Source of the DNA: Balanoglossus misakiensis
Taxonomy: Eukaryota > Animalia > Hemichordata
Reading direction: 5' to 3'
Assembly: GCA_040954595.2 (NCBI GenBank)
Contig: CM082591.2
Span: 10,185,309-10,249,308, forward strand
DNA: 64,000 nt
Shown here: piece after piece, positions 38,589-53,500 of the stretch
Position numbering within the stretch: the first letter of the stretch is position 1
How the letters are laid out: each line of letters starts with the position of its first letter
Position numbers and translations under genes: made by a program
The notes under the pieces: model-generated
Database searches by the model: none
What the model saw: only the letters and a program-made list of their open reading frames with translations
What the model was told of the DNA's origin: nothing

Positions 38589-41500
38589 TTGGCTGTATTT
38601 CAATTTGTTCGTGGTAAATTAATTTTGTGGAGGTGACCGGCACTGAAGCTCTTAGCTAGGATGAGGTGGGATGGAAAAATGCCCCATTTTAGCTGTTTTA
38701 AAATATACGACTATTTATAGACAAAAGGAAAATAAAACAAGCGCAAAAACATACCAAACTAGTTTTATTAATTAAAAATAAAAATTGCTGAGTAAAGGTT
38801 TTCATGTGGGCATTCACTTTGAACTTGCTAAATTACTTTAAAGAGACAAAGTCGCTCTCTCTTTGACCTTTTGCGATGATGGAATGCTTGCTTGAAGTCT
38901 CTCGTGCAATAAATGATGTCGATTCATACATGTATGGATGGTGTATAGGTGGTCGGAATTTACATGTCTTTGCCACGACCAAACCAACAACACGTAAAAT
39001 CAAAGTTTGGGTCATGAAATCGAGTTTTGTTACAGTCTAGAATTTCATGCCACCCCTTATGGTCATATTATTCTTGGTAGGCAAAAGTGACAAGTAGTCA
39101 AGTTTCAACACAGGCAACATTTTTTACAAACAAACCACACAGAAGACATCAAAAGGGAGAGAATTATAGAATGGTCAATATGTGAAAAGTTAAGATACGT
39201 AAAGTGGCCGGGTTCAACATTAACTCATCGACTTCATATCGTCTTCATGCCATGGTTTTTGCCTACCCTGAAAGTTCCTGTCGTTGCAGAAGTGGTTTTG
39301 ACAGAAAGAATTTAGTCTTCCGGGATGTTTGTGATTATTTGAACACCAGACAATACAATGCAACCTTGACTTCCAAAATACTTACCGGCATTGCATTATC
39401 TTACCATGGTTAGGCCTACAGTGAACAAATTTTCAACAATATTTTCTGAGTTACCGCTGATATTTGTTTTGTAGTATGGATATTAAATTATACATCCCGA
39501 TACAAAACAGAATGTTATAGAATCCTTCCTGAGTGATATTGAAAAAATTACCGGAATGCTACCGCCTAATCTATGGTTAGGGTTATTGCTATTATTTTAT
39601 ATCAGTAATCGACTTTGTGTATATCAATGTCATTTTCATAACGAAAATGAACTCGAGTCTAATGTAAACGTTACGAATTGATCGAAAGGCGCTCTGATGA
39701 ATGTTAACACGAGTGCGCAGTGACAAGACATGCATCGTGCATGACAGTGACAACAGTTCCTATAGAGCAGTTAAAAAATAAACCGGCCGTCCGTAAATTT
39801 ATCAGCTATATTTTTTTTTATTTAGTCACGTTTTCCCTGTTGCATGCTATTAGTTCAGGGGCCAGTTTTAGCAGTGCTCTATTGATTACTTTCGTATCGA
39901 TGGATTGATCTCTCGTCCAATCAGAATGGCGGATGGTAGCATGATCCGACATATTGCGTATTACAATAGGGCTTCCTCATACAGGTCAGAACGGAGAGGT
40001 CATTCCTTTTATTTTAGGACGTCTCAGCTCCTTTGTCTTTTCTGTTATAGTGTTAAAGAAATCAAACGGTTTTGTTTTGGCCGGTAAACACCGATGGATT
40101 AACTCTTAAGTCCATCGTGCATCCAAACGCAGTCGAGTCGGTTTGGTCATTGTTTATGCGACAGTAAATGCCAAATGTGACAGAAGCATCATATTAAATG
40201 AGATAGAATACACAAACAAACAAACATACGAATAAACAAACAGGCAAACAAACAAACAAACAACCATTAGGGACTGTTCAGAATTTACTTCCAAGTTGGG
40301 GATGGAGGATTTTTTATTTTCCTGGTGATTTTTTTCCATGGTCTCCCCTAGTAAATTGTGGAGGAAATATGTGGTCCCTCCTTAAATTTCCTGGGGATTT
40401 TCCATGGTCCCCCTATTGTGACTTTTATGTCTAGTCTCCCCTAATTTGTCTTGGAGAAAATGGGTGGTCTCCCCTCTGAAAATTCTCCGCCCCCTGGAAG
40501 TAAATTCTGAACAGTCCCTTATTAAAGCCAACAGCTAGCACCCTGGCTTCTCTGCCAGAGGAGCGATAACATCGAAAAAATGCAGATACACAAGAAATGA
40601 GCACTTTATTCCACAAGTGAAGTAGTCTGTTCCCTGCCCCATTCCCACCGCTGGCTGCGCCCTTTAGCGTAGCGCCGATGGCAGTGGGAATGGGGCAGGG
40701 GACCAGACTACAAGTGAAGAACCCCAGTAACAGACGTAACGAACAAACAAACTACATGTACTAACAACAAAGCAAGAAATGTGTCAAGCGTCGTCAAAGA
40801 AAACGAAAAAGTTCTAGCATGGTTGGTAAAAGTTATTGGTAGAAAACGAATAGGGCCTTCTACAAATGACGTCTCAGACCCGCAAACGCCACCAGAACAC
40901 AAAACACATGCACAGAACAGTTTAAGCCGGTTGTTGTATGGAGCAGCAATAATCTGCGGTTGGGCCGTCGTAGATTTTCGCTGGTGGTGAAAATAAATAA
41001 AACACGATCGATGTTCGATTTATTCCAGATCACATGCGTTTACGGCCAGGAGAGAGCATAAAAGTCTTCAAATAACCATGTAGTGGCGCACTTTTTCCGA
41101 TTGGCTGTATTTCAATTTGTTCGTGGTAAATTAATTTTGTGGAGGTGACCGGCACTGAAGCTCTTAGCTAGGATGAGGTGGGATGGAAAAATGCCCCATT
41201 TTAGCTGTTTTAAAATATACGACTATTTATAGACAAAAGGAAAATAAAACAAGCGCAAAAACATACCAAACCTAGTTTTATTAATTAAAAACAAAATTGC
41301 TGAGTAAAGGTTTTCATGTGGGCATTCACTTCGAACTTGCTAAATTAATTAAAAGAGACAAAGTCGTTCTCTCTTTGTCCTTTTGCGATGATAGAATGCT
41401 TGCTTGAAGTCTCTCGTGCAATAAATGATGTCGATTCATACATGTATGGATGGTGTATAGGTGGTCGGAATTTACATGTCTTTGCCACGACCAAACCAAC

Positions 41501-44500
41501 AACACGTAAAATCAAAGTTTGGGTCATTAAATCGAGTTTTGTTACAGTCTAGAATTTCATGCCACCCCTTATGGTCATATTATTCTTGGTAGGCAAAAGT
41601 GACAAGTAGTCAAGTTATAACACAGGCAACATTTTTTACAAACAAACCACACAGAAGACATCAAAAGGGAGAGAATTATAGAATGGTCAATGTGTGAAAA
41701 GTTAAGATACGTAAAGTGGCCGGGTTCAACATTAACTCATCGACTTCATATCGTCTTCATGCCATGGTTTTTGCCTGCCCTGAAAGTTCCTGTCGTTGCA
41801 GAAGTGGTTTTGACAGAAAGAATTTAGTCTTCCGGAATGTTTGTGATTATTTGAACACCAGACAATACAATGCAACCTTGACTTCCAAAATACTTACCGG
41901 CATTGCATTATCTTACCATGGTTAGGCCTACAGTGAACAAATTTTCAACAATATTTTCTGAGTTACCGCTGATATTTGTTTTGTAGTATGGATATTAAAT
42001 TATACATCCCGATACAAAACAGAATGTTATAGAATCCTTCCTGAGTGATATTGAAAAAATTACCGGAATGCTACCGCCTAATCTATGGTTAGGGTTATTG
42101 CTATTATTTTATATCAGTAATCGACTTTGTGTATATCAATGTCATTTTCATAACGAAAATGAACTCGAGTCTAATGTAAACGTTACGAATTGATCGAAAG
42201 GCGCTCTGATGAATGTTAACACGAGTGCGCAGTGACAAGACATGCATCGTGCATGACAGTGACAACAGTTCCTATAGAGCAGTTAAAAAATAAACCGGCC
42301 GTCCGGAAATTTATCAGCTATATTTTTTTTATTTAGTCACGTTTTCCCTGTTGCATGCTATTAGTTCAGGGGCCAGTTTTAGCAGTGCTCTATTGAGTAC
42401 TTTCGTATCGATGGATTGATCTCTCGTCCAATCAGAATGGCGGATGGTAGCATGATCCGACATATTGCGTATTACAATAGGGCTTCCTCATACAGGTCAG
42501 AACGGAGAGGTCATTCCTTTTATTTTAGGACGTCTCAGCTCCTTTGTCTTTTCTGTTATAGTGTTAAAGAAATCAAACGGTTTTGTTTTGGCCGGTAAAC
42601 ACCGATGGATTAACTCTTAAGTCCATCGTGCATCCAAACGCAGTCGAGTCGGTTTGGTCATTGTTTATGCGACAGTAAATGCCAAATGTGACAGAAGCAT
42701 CATATTAAATGAGATAGAATACACAAACAAACAAACATACGAATAAACAAACAGGCAAACAAACAAACAAACAACCATTAGGGACTGTTCAGAATTTACT
42801 TCCAACTTGGGGATGGAGGATTTTTTATTTTCCTGGTGATTTTTTTCCATGGTCTCCCCTAGTAAATTGTGGAGGAAATATGTGGTCCCTCCTTAAATTT
42901 CCTGGGGATTTTCCATGGTCCCCCTATTGTGACTTTTATGTCTAGTCTCCCCTAATTTGTCTTGGAGAAAATGGGTGGTCTCCCCCTCTGAAAATTCTCC
43001 GCCCCCTGGAAGTAAATTCTGAACAGTCCCTTATTAAAGCCAACAGCTAGCACCCTGGCTTCTCTGCCAGAGGAGCGATAACATCGACAAAATGCAGATA
43101 CACAAGAAATGAGCACTTTATTCCACAAGTGAAGTAGTCTGTTCCCTGCCCCATTCCCACCGCTGGCTGCGCCCTTTAGCGTAGCGCCGATGGCAGTGGG
43201 AATGGGGCAGGGGACCAGACTACAAGTGAAGAACCCCAGTAACAGACGTAACGAACAAACAAACTACATGTACTAACAACAAAGCAAGAAAAGTGTCAAG
43301 CGTCGTCAAAGAAAACGAAAAAGTTCTAGCATGGTTACATGCGTTTACGGCCAGGAGAGAGCATAAAAGTCTTCAAATAACCATGTGGTGGCGCATATTT
43401 TCCGATTGGCTGTATTTCAATTTGTTCGTGGTAAATTAATTTTGTGGAGGTGACCGGCACTGAAGCTCTTAGCTAGGATGAGGTGGGATGGAAAAATGCC
43501 CCATTTTAGCTGTTTTAAAATATACGACTATTTATAGACAAAAGGAAAATAAAACAAGCGCAAAAACATACCAAACCTAGTTTTATTAATTAAAAACAAA
43601 ATTGCTGAGTAAAGGTTTTCATGTGGGCATTCACTTTGAACTTGCTAAATTAATTAAAAGAGACAAAGTCGCTCTCTCTTTGTCCTTTTGCGATGATAGA
43701 ATGCTTGCTTGAAGTCTCTCGTGCAATAAATGATGTCGATTCATACATGTATGGATGGTGTATAGGTGGTCGGAATTTACATGTCTTTGCCACGACCAAA
43801 CCAACAACACGTAAAATCAAAGTTTGGGTCATTAAATCGAGTTTTGTTACAGTCTAGAATTTCATGCCACCCCTTATGGTCATATTATTCTTGGTAGGCA
43901 AAAGTGACAAGTAGTCAAGTTTCAACACAGGCAACATTTTTTACAAACAAACCACAAAGAAGACATCAAAAGGGAGAGAATTATAGAATGGTCAATGTGT
44001 GAGAAGTTAAGATACGTAAAGTGGCCGGGTTCAACATTAACTCATCGACTTCATATCGTCTTCATGCCATGGTTTTTGCCTTCCCTGAAAGTTCTTGTCG
44101 TTGCAGAAGTGGTTTTGACAGAAAGAATTTAGTCTTCTGGGATGTTTGTGATTATTTGAACACCAGACAATACAATGCAACCTTGACTTCCAAAATACTT
44201 ACCGGCATTGCATTATCTTACCATGGTTAGGCCTACAGTGAACAAATTTTCAACAATATTTTCTGAGTTACCGCTGATATTTGTTTTGTAGTATGGATAT
44301 TAAATTATACATCCCGATACAAAGCAGAATGTTATAGAATCCTTCCTGAGTGATATTGAAAAAATTACCGGAATGCTACCGCCTAATCTATGGTTAGGGT
44401 TATTGCTATTATTTTATATCAGTAATCGACTTTGTGTATATCAATGTCATTTTCATAACGAAAATGAACTCGAGTCTAATGTAAACGTTACGAATTGATC

Positions 44501-47500
44501 GAAAGGCGCTCTGATGAATGTTAACACGAGTGCGCAGTGACAAGACATGCATCGTGCATGACAGTGACAACAGTTCCTATAGAGCAGTTAAAAAATAAAC
44601 CGGCCGTCCGTAAATTTATCAGCTATATTTTTTTTTATTTAGTCACGTTTTCCCTGTTGCATGCTATTAGTTCAGGGGCCAGTTTTAGCAGTGCTCTATT
44701 GAGTACTTTCGTATCGATGGATTGATCTCTCGTCCAATCAGAATGGCGGATGGTAGCATGATCCGACATATTGCGTATTACAATAGGGCTTCCTCATACA
44801 GGTCAGAACGGCGAGGTCATTCCTTTTATTTTAGGACGTCTCAGCTCCTTTGTCTTTTCTGTTATAGTGTTAAATAAATCAAACGGTTTTGTTTTGGCCG
44901 GTAAACACCGATGGATTAACTCTTAAGTCCATCGTGCATCCAAACGCAGTCGAGTCGGTTTGGTCATTGTTTATGCGACAGTAAATGCCAAATGTGACAG
45001 AAGCATCATATTAAATGAGATAGAATACACAAACAAACAAACATACGAATAAACAAACAGGCAAACAAACAAACAAACAACCATTAGGGACTGTTCAGAA
45101 TTTACTTCCAAGTTGGGGATGGAGGATTTTTTATTTTCCTGGTGATTTTTTTCCATGGTCTCCCCTAGTAAATTGTGGAGGAAATATGTGGTCCCTCCTT
45201 AAATTTCCTGGGGATTTTCCATGGTCCCCCTATTGTGACTTTTATGTCTAGTCTCCCCTAATTTGTCTTGGAGAAAATGGGTGGTCTCCCCCTCTGAAAA
45301 TTCTCCGCCCCCTGGAAGTAAATTCTGAACAGTCCCTTATTAAAGCCAACAGCTAGCACCCTGGCTTCTCTGCCAGAGGAGCGATAACATCGACAAAATG
45401 CAGATACACAAGAAATGAGCACTTTATTCCACAAGTGAAGTAGTCTGTTCCCTGCCCCATTCCCACCGCTGGCTGCGCCCTTTAGCGTAGCGCCGATGGC
45501 AGTGGGAATGGGGCAGGGGACCAGACTACAAGTGAAGAACCCCAGTAACAGACGTAACGAACAAACAAACTACATGTACTAACAACAAAGCAAGAAATGT
45601 GTCAAGCGTCGTCAAAGAAAACGAAAAAGTTCTAGCATGGTTGGTAAAAGTTATTGGTAGAAAACGAATAGGGCCTTCTACAAATGACGTCTCAGACCCG
45701 CAAACGCCACCAGAACACAAAACACATGCACAGAACAGTTTAAGCCGGTTGTTGTATGGAGCAGCAATAATCTGCGGTTGGGCCGTCGTAGATTATGGCT
45801 GGTGGTGAAAATAAATAAAACACGATCGATGTTCGATTTATTCCAGATCACATGCGTTTACGGCCAGGAGAGAGCATAAAAGTCTTCAAATAACCATGTG
45901 GTGGCGCACTTTTTCCGATTGGCTGTATTTCAATTTGTTCGTGGTAAATTAATTTTGTGGAGGTGACCGGCACTGAAGCTCTTAGCTAGGATGAGGTGGG
46001 ATGGAAAAATGCCCCATTTTAGCTGTTTTAAAATATACGACTATTTATAGACAAAAGGAAAATAAAACAAGCGCAAAAACATACCAAACCTAGTTTTATT
46101 AATTAAAAACAAAATTGCTGAGTAAAGGTTTTCATGTGGGCATTCACTTCGAACTTGCTAAATTAATTAAAAGAGACAAAGTCGTTCTCTCTTTGTCCTT
46201 TTGCGATGATAGAATGCTTGCTTGAAGTCTCTCGTGCAATAAATGATGTCGATTCATACATGTATGGATGGTGTATAGGTGGTCGGAATTTACATGTCTT
46301 TGCCACGACCAAACCAACAACACGTAAAATCAAAGTTTGGGTCATTAAATCGAGTTTTGTTACAGTCTAGAATTTCATGCCACCCCTTATGGTCATATTA
46401 TTCTTGGTAGGCAAAAGTGACAAGTAGTCAAGTTTCAACACAGGCAACATTTTTTACAAACAAACCACAAAGAAGACATCAAAAGGGAGAGAATGATAGA
46501 ATGGTCAATGTGTGAAAAGTTAAGATACGTAAAGTGGCCGGGTTCAACATTAACTCATCGTCTTCATATCGTCTTCATGCCATGGTTTTTGCCTGCCCTG
46601 AAAGTTCTTGTCGTTGCAGAAATGGTTTTGGCAGAAAGAATTTAGTCTTCCGGGATGTTTGTGATTATTTGAACACCAGACAATACAATGCAACCTTGAC
46701 TTCCAAAATACTTACCGGCATTGCATTATCTTACCATGGTTAGGCCTACAGTGAACAAATTTTCAACAATATTTTCTGAGTTACCGCTGATATTTGTTTT
46801 GTAGTATGGATATTAAATTATACATCCCGATACAAAACAGAATGTTATAGAATCCTTCCTGAGTGATATTGAAAAAATTACCGGAATGCTACCGCCTAAT
46901 CTATGGTTAGGGTTATTGCTATTATTTTATATCAGTAATCGACTTTGTGTATATCAATGTCATTTTCATAACGAAGATGAACTCGAGTCTAATGTAAACG
47001 TTACGAATTGATCGAAAGGCGCTCTGATGAATGTTAACACGAGTGCGCAGTGACAAGACATGCATCGTGCGTGACAGTGACAACAGTTCCTATAGAGCAG
47101 TTAAAAAATAAACCGGCCGTCCGTAAATTTATCAGCTATATTTTTTTTTATTTAGTCACGTTTTCCCTGTTGCATGCTATTAGTTCAGGGGCCAGTTTTA
47201 GCAGTGCTCTATTGAGTACTTTCGTATTGATGGATTGATCTCTCGTCCAATCAGAATGGCGGATGGTAGCATGATCCGACATATTGCGGATTACAATAGG
47301 GCTTCCTCATACAGGTCAGAACGGAGAGGTCATTCCTTTTATTTTAGGACGTCTCAGCTCCTTTGTCTTTTCTGTTATAGTGTTAAAGAAATCAAACGGT
47401 TTTGTTTTGGCCGGTAAACACCGATGGATTAACTCTAAGTCCATCGTGCATCCAAACGCAGTCGAGTCGGTTTGGTCATTGTTTATGCGACAGTAAATGC

Positions 47501-50500
47501 CAAATGTGACAGAAGCATCATATTAAATGAGATAGAATACACAAACAAACAAACATACGAATAAACAAACAGGCAAACAAACAAACAAACAACCATTAGG
47601 GACTGTTCAGAATTTACTTCCAAGTTGGGGATGGAGGATTTTTTATTTTCCTGGTGATTTTTTTCCATGGTCTCCCCTAGTAAATTGTGGAGGAAATATG
47701 TGGTCCCTCCTTAAATTTCCTGGGGATTTTCCATGGTCCCCCTATTGTGACTTTTATGTCTAGTCTCCCCTAATTTGTCTTGGAGAAAATGGGTGGTCTC
47801 CCCCTCTGAAAATTCTCCGCCCCCTGGAAGTAAATTCTGAACAGTCCCTTATTAAAGCCAACAGCTAGCACCCTGGCTTCTCTGCCAGAGGAGCGATAAC
47901 ATCGACAAAATGCAGATACACAAGAAATGAGCACTTTATTCCACAAGTGAAGTAGTCTGTTCCCTGCCCCATTCCCACCGCTGGCTGCGCCCTTTAGCGT
48001 AGCGCCGATGGCAGTGGGAATGGGGCAGGGGACCAGACTACAAGTGAAGAACCCCAGTAACAGACGTAACGAACAAACAAACTACATGTACTAACAACAA
48101 AACAAGAAATGTGTCAAGCGTCGTCAAAGAAAACGAAAAAGTTCTAGCATGGTTGGTAAAAGTTATTGGTAGAAAACGAATAGGGCCTTCTACAAATGAC
48201 GTCTCAGACCCGCAAACGCCACCAGAACACAAAACACATGCACAGAACAGTTTAAGCCGGTTGTTGTATGGAGCAGCAATAATCTGCGGTTGGGCCGTCG
48301 TAGATTTTCGCTGGTGGTGAAAATAAATAAAACACGATCGATGTTCGATTTATTCCAGATCACATGCGTTTACGGCCAGGAGAGAGCATAAAAGTCTTCA
48401 AATAACCATGTAGTGGCGCACTTTTTCCGATTGGCTGTATTTCAATTTGTTCGTGGTAAATTAATTTTGTGGAGGTGACCGGCACTGAAGCTCTTAGCTA
48501 GGATGAGGTGGGATGGAAAAATGCCCCATTTTAGCTGTTTTAAAATATACGACTATTTATAGACAAAAGGAAAATAAAACAAGCGCAAAAACATACCAAA
48601 CCTAGTTTTATTAATTAAAAACAAAATTGCTGAGTAAAGGTTTTCATGTGGGCATTCACTTCGAACTTGCTAAATTAATTAAAAGAGACAAAGTCGTTCT
48701 CTCTTTGTCCTTTTGCGATGATAGAATGCTTGCTTGAAGTCTCTCGTGCAATAAATGATGTCGATTCATACATGTATGGATGGTGTATAGGTGGTCGGAA
48801 TTTACATGTCTTTGCCACGACCAAACCAACAACACGTAAAATCAAAGTTTGGGTCATTAAATCGAGTTTTGTTACAGTCTAGAATTTCATGCCACCCCTT
48901 ATGGTCATATTATTCTTGGTAGGCAAAAGTGACAAGTAGTCAAGTTTCAACACAGGCAAAATTTTTTACAAACAAACCACAAAGAAGACATCAAAAGGGA
49001 GAGAATGATAGAATGGTCAATGTGTGAAAAGTTAAGATACGTAAAGTGGCCGGGTTCAACATTAACTCATCGACTTCATATCGTCTTCATGCCATGGTTT
49101 TTGCCTGCCCTGAAAGTTCTTGTCGTTGCAGAAATGGTTTTGACAGAAAGAATTTAGTCTTCCGGGATGTTTGTGATTATTTGAACACCAGACAATACAA
49201 TGCAACCTTGACTTCCAAAATACTTACCGGCATTGCATTATCTTACCATGGTTAGGCCTACAGTGAACAAATTTTCAACAATATTTTCTGAGTTACCGCT
49301 GATATTTGTTTTGTAGTATGGATATTAAATGAGATAGAATACAAAAACAAACAAACATACGAATAAACAAACAGGCAAACAAACAAACAAACAACCATTA
49401 GGGACTGTTCAGAATTTACTTCCAAGTTGGGGATGGAGGATTTTTTATTTTCCTGGTGATTTTTTTCCATGGTCTCCCCTAGTAAATTGTGGAGGAAATA
49501 TGTGGTCCCTCCTTAAATTTCCTGGGGATTTTCCATGGTCCCCCTATTGTGACTTTTATGTCTAGTCTCCCCTAATTTGTCTTGGAGAAAATGGGTGGTC
49601 TCCCCCTCTGAAAATTCTCCGCCCCCTGGAAGTAAATTCTGAACAGTCCCTTATTAAAGCCAACAGCTAGCACCCTGGCTTCTCTGCCAGAGGAGCGATA
49701 ACATCGACAAAATGCAGATACACAAGAAATGAGCACTTTATTCCACAAGTGAAGTAGTCTGTTCCCTGCCCCATTCCCACCGCTGGCTGCGCCCTTTAGC
49801 GTAGCGCCGATGGCAGTGGGAATGGGGCAGGGGACCAGACTACAAGTGAAGAACCCCAGTAACAGACGTAACGAACAAACAAACTACATGTACTAACAAC
49901 AAAGCAAGAAATGTGTCAAGCGTCGTCAAAGAAAACGAAAAAGTTCTAGCATGGTTGGTAAAAGTTATTGGTAGAAAACGAATAGGGCCTTCTACAAATG
50001 ACGTCTCAGACCCGCAAACGCCACCAGAACACAAAACACATGCACAGAACAGTTTAAGCCGGTTGTTGTATGGAGCAGCAATAATCTGCGGTTGGGCCGT
50101 CGTAGATTTTCGCTGGTGGTGAAAATAAATAAAACACGATCGATGTTCGATTTATTCCAGATCACATGCGTTTACGGCCAGGAGAGAGCATAAAAGTCTT
50201 CAAATAACCATGTAGTGGCGCACTTTTTCCGATTGGCTGTATTTCAATTTGTTCGTGGTAAATTAATTTTGTGGAGGTGACCGGCACTGAAGCTCTTAGC
50301 TAGGATGAGGTGGGATGGAAAAATGCCCCATTTTAGCTGTTTTAAAATATACGACTATTTATAGACAAAAGGAAAATAAAACAAGCGCAAAAACATACCA
50401 AACCTAGTTTTATTAATTAAAAACAAAATTGCTGAGTAAAGGTTTTCATGTGGGCATTCACTTCGAACTTGCTAAATTAATTAAAAGAGACAAAGTCGTT

Positions 50501-53500
50501 CTCTCTTTGTCCTTTTGCGATGATAGAATGCTTGCTTGAAGTCTCTCGTGCAATAAATGATGTCGATTCATACATGTATGGATGGTGTATAGGTGGTCGG
50601 AATTTACATGTCTTTGCCACGACCAAACCAACAACACGTAAAATCAAAGTTTGGGTCATTAAATCGAGTTTTGTTACAGTCTAGAATTTCATGCCACCCC
50701 TTATGGTCATATTATTCTTGGTAGGCAAAAGTGACAAGTAGTCAAGTTTCAACACAGGCAACATTTTTTACAAACAAACCACAAAGAAGACATCAAAAGG
50801 GAGAGAATGATAGAATGGTCAATGTGTGAAAAGTTAAGATACGTAAAGTGGCCGGGTTCAACATTAACTCATCGACTTCATATCGTCTTCATGCCATGGT
50901 TTTTGCCTGCCCTGAAAGTTCTTGTCGTTGCAGAAATGGTTTTGACAGAAAGAATTTAGTCTTCCGGGATGTTTGTGATTATTTGAACACCAGACAATAC
51001 AATGCAACCTTGACTTCCAAAATACTTACCGGCATTGCATTATCTTACCATGGTTAGGCCTACAGTGAACAAATTTTCAACAATATTTTCTGAGTTACCG
51101 CTGATATTTGTTTTGTAGTATGGATATTAAATGAGATAGAATACAAAAACAAACAAACATACGAATAAACAAACAGGCAAACAAACAAACAAACAACCAT
51201 TAGGGACTGTTCAGAATTTACTTCCAAGTTGGGGATGGAGGATTTTTTATTTTCCTGGTGATTTTTTTCCATGGTCTCCCCTAGTAAATTGTGGAGGAAA
51301 TATGTGGTCCCTCCTTAAATTTCCTGGGGATTTTCCATGGTCCCCCTATTGTGACTTTTATGTCTAGTCTCCCCTAATTTGTCTTGGAGAAAATGGGTGG
51401 TCCTCCCCCCCTCTGAAAATTCTCCGCCCCCTGGAAGTAAATTCTGAACAGTCCCTTATTAAAGCCAACAGCTAGCACCCTGGCTTCTCTGCCAGAGGAG
51501 CGATAACATCGACAAAATGCAGATACACAAGAAATGAGCACTTTATTCCACAAGTGAAGTAGCCTGTTCCCTGCCCCATTCCCACCGCTGGCTGCGCCCT
51601 TTAGCGTAGCGCCGATGGCAGTGGGAATGGGGCAGGGGACCAGACTACAAGTGAAGAACCCCAGTAACAGACGTAACGAACAAACAAACTACATGTACTA
51701 ACAACAAAGCAAGAAAAGTGTCAAGCGTCGTCAAAGAAAACGAAAAAGTTCTAGCATGGTTGTTAAAAGTTATTGGTAGAAAACGAATAGGGCCTTCTAC
51801 AAATGACGTCTCAGACCCGCAAACGCCACCAGAACACAAAACACATGCACAGAACAGTTTAAGCCGGTTGTTGTATGGAGCAGCAATAATCTGCGGTTGG
51901 GCCGTCGTAGATTTTCGCTGGTGGTGAAAATAAATAAAACACGATCGATGTTCGATTTATTCCAGATCACATGCGTTTACGGCCAGGAGAGAGCATAAAA
52001 GTCTTCAAATGACCATGTGGTGGCGCACTTTTTCCGATTGGCTGTATTTCAATTTGTTCGTGGTAAATTAATTTTGTGGAGGTGACCGGCACTGAAGCTC
52101 TTAGCTAGGATGAGGTGGGATGGAAAAATGCCCCATTTTAGCTGTTTTAAAATATACGACTATTTATAGACAAAAGGAAAATAAAACAAGCGCAAAAACA
52201 TACCAAACCTAGTTTTATTAATTAAAAACAAAATTGCTGAGTAAAGGTTTTCATGTGGGCATTCACTTTGAACTTGCTAAATTAATTTAAAGAGACAAAG
52301 TCGCTCTCTCTTTGTCCTTTTGCGATGATAGAATGCTTGCTTGAAGTCTCTCGTGCAATAAATGATGTCGATTCATACATGTATGGATGGTGTATAGGTA
52401 GTCGGAATTTACATGTCTTTGCCACGACCAAACCAACAACACGTAAAATCAAAGTTTGGGTCATGAAATCGAGTTTTGTTACAGTCTAGAATTTCATGCC
52501 ACCCCTTATGGTCATATTATTCTTGGTAGGCAAAAGTGACAAGTAGTCAAGTTTCAACACAGGCAACATTTTTTACAAACAAACCACAAAGAAGACATCA
52601 AAAGGGAAAGAATTATAGAATGGTCAATGTGTGAAAAGTTAAGATACGTAAAGTGGCCGGGTTCAACATTAACTCATCGACTTCATATCGTCTTCATGCC
52701 ATGGTTTTTGCCTGCCCTGAAAGTTCTTGTCGTTGCAGAAGTGGTTTTGACAGAAAGAATTTAGTCTTCCGGGATGTTTGTGATTATTTGAACACCAGAC
52801 AATACAATGCAACCTTGACTTCCAAAATACTTACCGGCATTGCATTATCTTACCATGGTTAGGCCTACAGTGAACAAATTTTCAACAATATTTTCTGAGT
52901 TACCGCTGATATTTGTTTTGTAGTATGGATATTAAATTATACATCCCGATACAAAACAGAATGTTATAGAATCCTTCCTGGGTGATATTGAAAAAATTAC
53001 CGGAATGCTACCGCCTAATCTATGGTTAGGGTTATTGCTATTATTTTATATCAGTAATCGACTTTGTGTATATCAATGTCATTTTCATAACGAAAATGAA
53101 CTCGAGTCTAATGTAAACGTTACGAATTGATCGAAAGGCGCTCTGATGAATGTTAACACGAGTGCGCAGTGACAAGACATGCATCGTGCATGACAGTGAC
53201 AACAGTTCCTATAGAGCAGTTAAAAAATAAACCGGCCGTCCGTAAATTTATCAGCTATTTTTTTTTTATTTAGTCACGTTTTCCCTGTTGCATGCTATTA
53301 GTTCAGGGGCCAGTTTTAGCAGTGCTCTATTGAGTACTTTCGTATCGATGGATTGATCTCTCGTCCAATCAGAATGGCGGATGGTAGCATGATCCGACAT
53401 ATTGCGTATTACAATAGGGCTTCCTCATACAGGTCAGAACGGAGAGGTCATTCCTTTTATTTTAGGACGTCTCAGCTCCTTTGTCTTTTCTGTTATAGTG

